Of a stretch of DNA of 64,000 nt, positions 20,267 to 26,559 are shown piece by piece. Source of the stretch: Proteobacteria bacterium UBA4457 (GTDB lineage Bacteria; Pseudomonadota; Gammaproteobacteria; Ga0077536); assembly GCA_002390205.1 (NCBI GenBank), contig DGOV01000074.1, positions 15,759 to 79,758 on the forward strand. The letters are read 5' to 3'. The position numbers were made by a program, and so were the translations under genes. Positions within the stretch are counted from its first letter, which is position 1. Every line of letters starts with the position of its first letter. Under the pieces are notes generated by a model, which was given only the letters and a program-made list of their open reading frames with translations, was not told the origin of the DNA and searched no databases.

Positions 20267-20653
20267 ATGGCCAACTCTTCTGAAGAATCATATGCGGAGC
20301 AATTCCGCTCATCAGGCAAATTGCCAAAAGGGCCAGTTTCACCTTGGCCTCGTGGTCGCGAAATTCGAACTTTAAACTCTTACGTTAACAAGGCCGATGT
20401 GAGAAACGAGAACGAAATCAAGCCAACTCTTAAGGAAATGGCTGCAGGCATGCTGAGAACAGGAGGGCAGGCTCTTCATCATGGAAAATGTTCTACAGAA
20501 GTCAGGACCGAGAGGATGGAAACGTGTATGAGTTGCGAACATTTTCTTCCTGCCGAACAAAGATGCAGTCTATGTGGTTGCTATATGAAGGCTAAGACCT
20601 GGGTCGGCGGCGACCCTAAAAGATTGTGCCCAGCTAAAAAGTGGCTTAGGTAA
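20267..20653 (+). CDS. Small Cys4 (zinc-ribbon-like) protein
   Basis: C-terminal 'CMSCEHF...RCSLCGCYMKAKTW...LCPAKKW'. Lies between the fibre genes and the scaffold gene. Confidence 0.55.
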   Translation: MANSSEESYAEQFRSSGKLPKGPVSPWPRGREIRTLNSYVNKADVRNENEIKPTLKEMAAGMLRTGGQALHHGKCSTEVRTERMETCMSCEHFLPAEQRCSLCGCYMKAKTWVGGDPKRLCPAKKWLR

Positions 20654-20681
20654 CATATCGACATAACATTCGTCCGACGAG

Positions 20682-21434
20682 ATGTCGGTCTTTTATATGC
20701 CAGAAGAGAATCTTTCAGCTGTAGAGAATACGGCCTCTGATGTCTCGCCAGCTGAGCCCGCTCCACAGAGAGATGATATGATGCCTCGTGCAGAGGCCGA
20801 GAATCTCCTCAAAGCGCTTAAAGCAGAGAGAGAAGCGCGTAAACAGTATGAGCGTGATCTAAAGGAGTCAAGAACTCAATTGGAGAAGTTCGCCGAGATC
20901 AACCCGGATGAATACCTTCAACTGCAAGAAGAAGCAGCGGAAGCAGCGAGACTCCAGGCTCAATGGGGCGAAGTGCGCGACGCAATGGAGTCAAAATACT
21001 CTACTCAAGCACAAGATGCTCTTCAGAGAGCTGAGGCTGCAGACAACCTGTTAGCCACATACAAGAAAAAGTACGCTCTTGAAAAGGTCTTCAATAGTGC
21101 TGGTGGTCGCATCGATTCTGTTGATGGTGTCTCTTTCTTTGATTTACTTTCAGAGCAAGTGGGGAATTCGTTCAGACAGGAGAGCAATGGCACTCTAACA
21201 GTTGTCGATTCGTCTGGTGATCCAGTGATGGACAAGGAGACTGGTTTGCGAATTACCCCTGAAGATCATATGGCTAGCTTCAAGCGCCATCCTGTATTTG
21301 GAACATTTTTCCAGGGAGTCAAAGGAGCAGGTGCTGGAATTGGCTATGGCGGCACTGATGCTAATGGAGCGACAATTGAAGATCTCTCTTCTTTAAGCAG
21401 TGAGGAAATGTTCCGTCGTGCTTTTGGCTCCTAA
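20682..21434 (+). CDS. Putative scaffolding protein
   Basis: 250 aa, acidic and helical/coiled-coil ('EAENLLKALKAEREARKQYERDLKESRTQLEKF'). Directly upstream of the major capsid gene. Confidence 0.6.
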   Translation: MSVFYMPEENLSAVENTASDVSPAEPAPQRDDMMPRAEAENLLKALKAEREARKQYERDLKESRTQLEKFAEINPDEYLQLQEEAAEAARLQAQWGEVRDAMESKYSTQAQDALQRAEAADNLLATYKKKYALEKVFNSAGGRIDSVDGVSFFDLLSEQVGNSFRQESNGTLTVVDSSGDPVMDKETGLRITPEDHMASFKRHPVFGTFFQGVKGAGAGIGYGGTDANGATIEDLSSLSSEEMFRRAFGS

Positions 21435-21501
21435 AGAATCAAAATAGCTGCTCCTTACTAGGAAAAACAAGCTAACATATAAAACCAAAATCAAATCGTT
21501 A

Positions 21502-21513
21502 GGTAGAATATAG
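21502..21513 (+). promoter_or_regulatory. Promoter-like box GGTAGAATATAG ~120 nt upstream of the capsid gene
   Basis: A variant of the GGTAATATAG box. It contains the -10-like TAGAAT and lies in the 196-nt scaffold-capsid spacer. Confidence 0.35.
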
Positions 21514-21630
21514 TTAGCAGCCCTGTAGGGAAACTCTGAGACGGAGTGGACTGTAAGGGTGCGACTGCTGATTTTGTTGTGACAACAAACGACGCTCTAA
21601 CACCCAATCTTTGTTCACTCTTTAATTATC

Positions 21631-22527
21631 ATGGCATTTACGCTATTAGAAGCACAGAAACACGCCAAAACTCCTCAGGAATTGGCTGTAGTAACAGAAC
21701 TGGCCGCCGGTCAGCTTATGTCCGTTCTTCCTTTCCGCAATATTGAAGGCAACGGCCTTTTCTGGAAGAGAGAAGAAAGCCTGCCTGACGTAGGCTTCCG
21801 CAATTACAATGGCTCTTTGGCCGAAAGCTATGCTGAGGTCTCTCAGCAATCTGAGAGCTTGAAGCTTTTTGGTGGCGACATCAAAGTAGACCGTGCCATT
21901 GTGGACCTTGAGGGCGCCGAGGCTAAAGCTTATCAAGTTCAATCTCGTGTCCGCGCTATGCGGATGGCTTGGGAGTCTCTCTTCATTAATGGCGATTCGA
22001 ATCTCGCCCCTTCCGAATTTGACGGACTGGCGAAGCGCATCACCTCTGGCTCCTCTCAGTATTTTGAAAATGCTGGCAGCGCCGCTGCTCTTAGCCTTTC
22101 CAAGCTTGACGAGCTGATTGATAACGTTGACGCACAAGGTGGTCAGAAGTATCTCATCATGTCAAAGTCAACTCGTCGTCATCTGAGTGCTCATGCTCGC
22201 GCCAATGGCCAGATTGAGATTACTCGCAACGAGTTTGGTTATCAGCAGATGGCCTATTCTGGCGTTCCCGTTCTTGAATTGGACCGCGATAACAAGAACG
22301 TTGCGATTCTTGATAGCAATCCTGCCGATCAAGACGTGTATTGCGTTTCTTTCGGAGCAGATCACCTTACTGGAATCCAGAATGGTGGTGTAGGCGTACG
22401 TGAGCTAGGAGAAAGCCACGATCAACCACAATTGATCACTAGAGTTGAATGGTACTGCGGACTTGCCCTCATCAATGGACGCGCAGCCGCTCGCTTGACA
22501 AACGTTGACGCAACCGCATCCGTCTGA
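21631..22527 (+). CDS. Major capsid protein (HK97-fold type)
   Basis: 298 aa. Follows the scaffold gene and is followed by a strong terminator. Capsid-family-like segments include 'LPFRNIEGNGLFWKREESLPDVGFRNYN', 'SLFINGDS...EFDGLAKRI' and 'TRVEWYCGLALINGRAAARL'. Confidence 0.85.
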   Translation: MAFTLLEAQKHAKTPQELAVVTELAAGQLMSVLPFRNIEGNGLFWKREESLPDVGFRNYNGSLAESYAEVSQQSESLKLFGGDIKVDRAIVDLEGAEAKAYQVQSRVRAMRMAWESLFINGDSNLAPSEFDGLAKRITSGSSQYFENAGSAAALSLSKLDELIDNVDAQGGQKYLIMSKSTRRHLSAHARANGQIEITRNEFGYQQMAYSGVPVLELDRDNKNVAILDSNPADQDVYCVSFGADHLTGIQNGGVGVRELGESHDQPQLITRVEWYCGLALINGRAAARLTNVDATASV

Positions 22528-22547
22528 TCAAGTCTATTCCGGACTCA

Positions 22548-22568
22548 GGGGGCTTTGCCCCCTTTTTT
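22548..22568 (+). terminator. Rho-independent terminator after the capsid gene
   Basis: GGGGGC-ttt-GCCCCC stem followed by TTTTTT. Confidence 0.85.
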
Positions 22569-22626
22569 AATGCAATCGGGTATTTCAAAGGAAGACTAAA
22601 TAGTATAAACGTCGCAGGAGGACGCA

Positions 22627-22812
22627 ATGTCTACCACTCTGGCTACACGCGGTTTAAATATTCCCGCATACGACTATGTGTCCAATACCTATACAGGTGA
22701 CAACTTAACACAAACTGTCTACCGTCGCAACGGATCTTCCGGGCCAATCGTTGCTACCTTAGACTACACTTATGACGGGAACAATAACGTCGTAACTATT
22801 ACTAAAACCTAA
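22627..22812 (+). CDS. Small (61 aa) head-module protein with YD-repeat-like motifs
   Basis: RBS 'aggagg' upstream. Contains 'YDYVSNTYTGDNLTQTVYRRNG...LDYTYDGNNNVVTI'. Confidence 0.5.
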   Translation: MSTTLATRGLNIPAYDYVSNTYTGDNLTQTVYRRNGSSGPIVATLDYTYDGNNNVVTITKT

Positions 22813-22822
22813 GGACTAAATT

Positions 22823-23143
22823 ATGCCATATTCATTTGATCCTTTAACAGGTTCTGTCAGTAAAAGCGGCAGTGGCCTGAGCAGTATTGGGGGAGCTATG
22901 ACTAGCGCTATAATCCCTGATACTAACGATGCCTATGACATAGGTAGCGCTGAATACAAGATTCGCGATCTTTATGTCAGTGACACTACGATTTACACTG
23001 ATAGCGGCACCTTGAGTGTTGGCACGGCTGGAGTACCTGGTTCCGGCGATACGATCGTCAACGGCTCCGAATTGAAGGCTATCCTTGCTGATTGCTCGGA
23101 TTTTGCTGAATTCAAGGCCAGGATCGCAGCGGCAGCTTTCTGA
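22823..23143 (+). CDS. Small structural protein (106 aa)
   Basis: Contains 'IIPDTNDAYDIGSAEYKIRDLYVS', a motif I recall from phage fibre/appendage proteins. Lies in the head module. Confidence 0.5.
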   Translation: MPYSFDPLTGSVSKSGSGLSSIGGAMTSAIIPDTNDAYDIGSAEYKIRDLYVSDTTIYTDSGTLSVGTAGVPGSGDTIVNGSELKAILADCSDFAEFKARIAAAAF

Positions 23144-23145
23144 TC

Positions 23146-23155
23146 GGTAATATAG
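23146..23155 (+). promoter_or_regulatory. Promoter-like box GGTAATATAG
   Basis: An identical 10-mer occurs at 60317-60326, and GGTAATATAA occurs on the minus strand at 33609-33618. All three are intergenic and 22-80 nt upstream of a start codon. Confidence 0.4.
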
Positions 23156-23221
23156 TATGTAACAGGTCTCGCTCTGGTAAGATCTTTACAATTCTCTATC
23201 TCTACATTCTAGGAGTTTAAC

Positions 23222-23560
23222 ATGGCCGCAAGAAGTACTGGTATTTTCCCAAGGGAGAATTTCAATCTTGACGCTGAACTGGAAATCACAACTTCCACTA
23301 CAGCTGCCGCAGTAACACTGGCTAACGCCAAAACTATTCGCGTAATTGTCCTTGGCTTGTCAGGCGGTGACGCGACCGTAACCATTGGTGGCGAATCTCT
23401 GGTTATTGCCGAAGCTACAGATCTAGACAAGAATGGCGTGGGTATCGCTCATGTCCGTGGTGCGCTTTGTGACGCTGACAACAACGTGTCTTATGCCTTG
23501 AGCGCTGGAACCGTAGGCGGTGTCTTTTATGAGCTCGTCGACGGCCCTAGCCGAGGCTGA
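23222..23560 (+). CDS. Small structural protein (112 aa)
   Basis: RBS 'aggag' upstream. Gly/Ala/Val-rich, beta-type composition. Followed by a terminator. Confidence 0.5.
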   Translation: MAARSTGIFPRENFNLDAELEITTSTTAAAVTLANAKTIRVIVLGLSGGDATVTIGGESLVIAEATDLDKNGVGIAHVRGALCDADNNVSYALSAGTVGGVFYELVDGPSRG

Positions 23561-23585
23561 TTAGCTTAAACAAGTGAATACAAGA

Positions 23586-23609
23586 AGCCCCCCTTTAGGG
23601 GCTTTTTTT
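23586..23609 (+). terminator. Rho-independent terminator
   Basis: AGCCCC-cctta-GGGGCT stem followed by TTTTTTT. Confidence 0.8.
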
Positions 23610-23644
23610 ATACTATCGGCATCCTAGCTGGAGACAGAAATACT

Positions 23645-24874
23645 ATGATCCTATCATCCACTGACATTGTACGCATTCTAAAGGGAAGCGCGATTATCAG
23701 TGGATCTGCGCGGATCACTATAGTCGAGAAAAAACCTATTTTCAGTGGGGCAGAAGGGCTTTTTCTTTATGTGGAAGAGTTCCCCGCCTTAGAAGAGTTT
23801 GAAGCAACCTGGAAGATTTGGATAGAATCAGACGGAAGCGAGTTAGATGATTTAGTTATCAAAGAGATGGGAGAGTTGCTCCCTAACTTTAGGGTAAAGC
23901 CAGGACTTATACTAGAGGCTTGCGTAACCGATTTTAGATCTAATGAGACTGTTGCTAGGCCATTGCCTTCGACCGATCTCGTCTCGATACCTGAATCAGT
24001 GTGGACTGAAAAATCTGAGCAGCGTTTTGCTGAATTGGCCCAAGACATTCAAGACAGGATGTTGCTCGTCAATTCAGGTAGGGCTGGATCCAACGGAGCT
24101 GATGGTAAGGATGGAGTGCCGGGTCCCCCCGGGGCTGCTGGCCGTGATGGCAAGGATCTACTTGCCAGTAATGCCGTTCTCGATAATCTCAAAGATGTTA
24201 AGATTGCGGACAGAATACCGCTCAAGAAAAGCCAAGTACTTACATACGACGGTTCTCAATGGACTAACTTATATATCCCTCAATTAACCTCTTCCTCCGG
24301 AGGTGGCGGGTCTTCTACCGTAGTCACTGGTGGGAGCGGCACAACGATTTCTTGGATCGAGCACGGCGAGACAGGAGAACCTCATGATCGCAAATTCCAT
24401 GTAAACAATACCGACATAGCGCTGGTCACTCAGTTTCATGTTAGCAAAGCGAATGAAGCTGGAAATGACGTCGAATTACTCCTCGAAGCGATACTACCTA
24501 TAAGTGGGCAAATTTACTTAACGCAAGCTAGTGATTCCTCTCAGGCCCATTTATTCTCAATTACTAGCTATTCTGAGACCACCGATGGTTTTCTTCTCGT
24601 TGTCGCTCATGTCGAAACTCCCGGGCCTGAAACGCAGTTAGCAGAAAATCAAGCGTATAACTTTCTTTTTCTTTCCTCTTCAAGCGTATCAGGAGGTATC
24701 CCCGAAGCCCCTCAAGACGGTGGTTATTATGTTCGGAGAAATGGGGCATGGGTTAATCTTAGTGTCGCGCTGGGCGCATTTGACAACCGCGACTTCGATG
24801 GAGGTGACCTGGCCGCCGGTACATCTGACTCGATTGATAATGCACCATTGGATGGCGGAAACTTTACGACCTAA
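23645..24874 (+). CDS. Collagen-like-repeat fibre protein (409 aa)
   Basis: Nine G-x-y triplets 'GRAGSNGADGKDGVPGPPGAAGRDGKD' (nt 24077-24157). One LxDV...W repeat ('LKDVKIADRIPLKKSQVLTYDGSQWTNL'). GGGGS linker. C-terminal 'FDGGDL...LDGGNFTT'. Confidence 0.7.
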   Translation: MILSSTDIVRILKGSAIISGSARITIVEKKPIFSGAEGLFLYVEEFPALEEFEATWKIWIESDGSELDDLVIKEMGELLPNFRVKPGLILEACVTDFRSNETVARPLPSTDLVSIPESVWTEKSEQRFAELAQDIQDRMLLVNSGRAGSNGADGKDGVPGPPGAAGRDGKDLLASNAVLDNLKDVKIADRIPLKKSQVLTYDGSQWTNLYIPQLTSSSGGGGSSTVVTGGSGTTISWIEHGETGEPHDRKFHVNNTDIALVTQFHVSKANEAGNDVELLLEAILPISGQIYLTQASDSSQAHLFSITSYSETTDGFLLVVAHVETPGPETQLAENQAYNFLFLSSSSVSGGIPEAPQDGGYYVRRNGAWVNLSVALGAFDNRDFDGGDLAAGTSDSIDNAPLDGGNFTT

Positions 24875-24903
24875 GGAATACTAATGAGATCAACGGAGTA
24901 GTC

Positions 24904-26511
24904 ATGCCAGTCCCTTCACCCAGGAATGCAGTAAAACCGGCAAGGGGCAATTACAGTGACCTGCTGACTAATGTTTCGTCTTTAAAAGATGGAGAGATTT
25001 GTTACGCAGTCGATCAGGATCAACTATATGTAAACGAAAGTGGAACACTCGTTCCGGCTGGTGTCACCGTAGGAGGCGTTCAAACTGTTACTGGCAATAA
25101 AACCTTTTCGGGCGATGTAGACTTAACTGGAACTTTCAAGATAGATTCTACAGCTGTTACTGCTACAGCTTCTGAGTTGAACTATACTGGTGACCTCGGA
25201 ACTTTTACGGGTTCTACTATCGCTGATAATTCTGATGTAAAAGTTGCTTTACAGTCGATAGAAACAGCGGTCGAAAGTGGTGGTGGTGGTAGTGGTGGTG
25301 GATCTTTGACCGCCGACGATGCCGGGACAGCTAACTATTCGTCTGGGACAATTAATATACTAGGCGACACTGGCCTGAGTACTACAGCTAGCGGCAATAC
25401 CCTAAATATTGACCTTGATGACACGGCTGTTACGGCGGCTCCTTATGGAGCGGCTGGAGCGGTTGCGACTTTCACCGTAGATGCCCAGGGGCGATTAACT
25501 GCTGCTTCTGATACTGCAATCAGTGTTACGCACGATCAAGTCTCCGACTTTGACTCCGGGGTTCAGGATAATCGGCTAGATCAGATGGCAGCCCCTACGG
25601 GCGCTGTAGGCATGAACGGTCAAAAAATAACTGGCTTAGCGGATCCGACATCTGATCAAGATGCGGCGACGAAGTCCTACGCAGATGCCCTTGTTTCAGG
25701 GCTTGATATCAAGAAATCAACAAGGGTTGCTACTACAACTAATATTGCATTAAGCAACACTCAGACTGTTGATAACATATCTTTGGTTGCTGGTGATAGA
25801 GTTTTAGTTAAGGATCAGACAGACGAGTCTGAAAATGGTATTTATGACGTAGTTTCAGCAGGAAATTGGACTCGTTCTTCTGATGCAGACAATACTCCTT
25901 CGGGAGAAGTGACGTCCGGCATGTTTACATTCGTAGAAGACGGCGACACTAGCGCTGGAATTGGCTATGTGTTGGTCACGCCTGATCCTATAATCCTTGG
26001 AACAACCGACCTCGCTTTTACTCAGTTCTCTGAGATTGGTGCCGTAACGGCAGGAAACGGCCTTACTAAAACAGGCCAAACCTTAGATGTAGGCACTGCT
26101 GACAGTGGGCGAATCGTAGTCAATGCTGACAATATAGATCTTGCGGTTAGCGGCGTAAATTCTGGAACCTATAACGGCCTCACCGTTGATACCTATGGTC
26201 GAACCACTGGCTTCTCTCAGCCCACTACGCTTGCTGGATACAGCATCACAGATGCTCAGAGCCTGGACGCTACCTTAACCGCACTGGCTGGAGTGACTGT
26301 AGCGGCAGATGAGCTAATTTACGCTACAGGCGAAGACGCTTTCTCGACTACTAGCCTGACCACTTTTGGTCGTAGTCTGTTAGACGACGCAACTGCTTCT
26401 GATGCTCGTACTACCCTAGGGCTAGGAAGTATTGCGACCCAGGAGGCCTCTGACGTAGCAATTACCGGAGGATCAATTGACAACATTACAATAGATGGTG
26501 GAACTTATTGA
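24904..26511 (+). CDS. Tail fibre paralogue 4 (535 aa) with the anchor domain and classic long-tail-fibre motifs
   Basis: N-terminus 'MPVPSPRNAVKPARGNYSDL...GEICYAVDQDQLY'. Motifs 'TFTVDAQGRLTAAS', 'GLTVDTYGRTTG' and 'TTLAGYSITDAQ' resemble the P2 H / lambda Stf-type 'LAGYGITDA' motif. Confidence 0.85.
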   Translation: MPVPSPRNAVKPARGNYSDLLTNVSSLKDGEICYAVDQDQLYVNESGTLVPAGVTVGGVQTVTGNKTFSGDVDLTGTFKIDSTAVTATASELNYTGDLGTFTGSTIADNSDVKVALQSIETAVESGGGGSGGGSLTADDAGTANYSSGTINILGDTGLSTTASGNTLNIDLDDTAVTAAPYGAAGAVATFTVDAQGRLTAASDTAISVTHDQVSDFDSGVQDNRLDQMAAPTGAVGMNGQKITGLADPTSDQDAATKSYADALVSGLDIKKSTRVATTTNIALSNTQTVDNISLVAGDRVLVKDQTDESENGIYDVVSAGNWTRSSDADNTPSGEVTSGMFTFVEDGDTSAGIGYVLVTPDPIILGTTDLAFTQFSEIGAVTAGNGLTKTGQTLDVGTADSGRIVVNADNIDLAVSGVNSGTYNGLTVDTYGRTTGFSQPTTLAGYSITDAQSLDATLTALAGVTVAADELIYATGEDAFSTTSLTTFGRSLLDDATASDARTTLGLGSIATQEASDVAITGGSIDNITIDGGTY

Positions 26512-26559
26512 TTAGGAAGACTAGCGGGATCGCCTAGATAGGCACGACAGGATCGCCAC

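Noticed and set aside
20649-20657. GGTAACATA here, and GGTAACACT at 32499-32507, were considered as further copies of the promoter-like box.
   Set aside because: In both cases the GGTAA arises from an in-frame '..GG TAA' stop-codon context and the rest of the box deviates. They are too weak to count.
21646-22137. A 163-aa ORF on the minus strand, plus other nested ORFs, inside the major capsid gene.
   Set aside because: It is fully antisense to a gene with clear capsid-family sequence and strong expression signals. It has no RBS or motif of its own.
23645-23720. The N-terminus 'MILSSTDIVRILKGSAI' of the collagen-like fibre resembles the 'MILSxxDI' start of dCTP deaminase/dUTPase-fold proteins.
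   Set aside because: Only ~15 residues match. The downstream catalytic motifs are absent. The genuine dcd is at 56831-57331.
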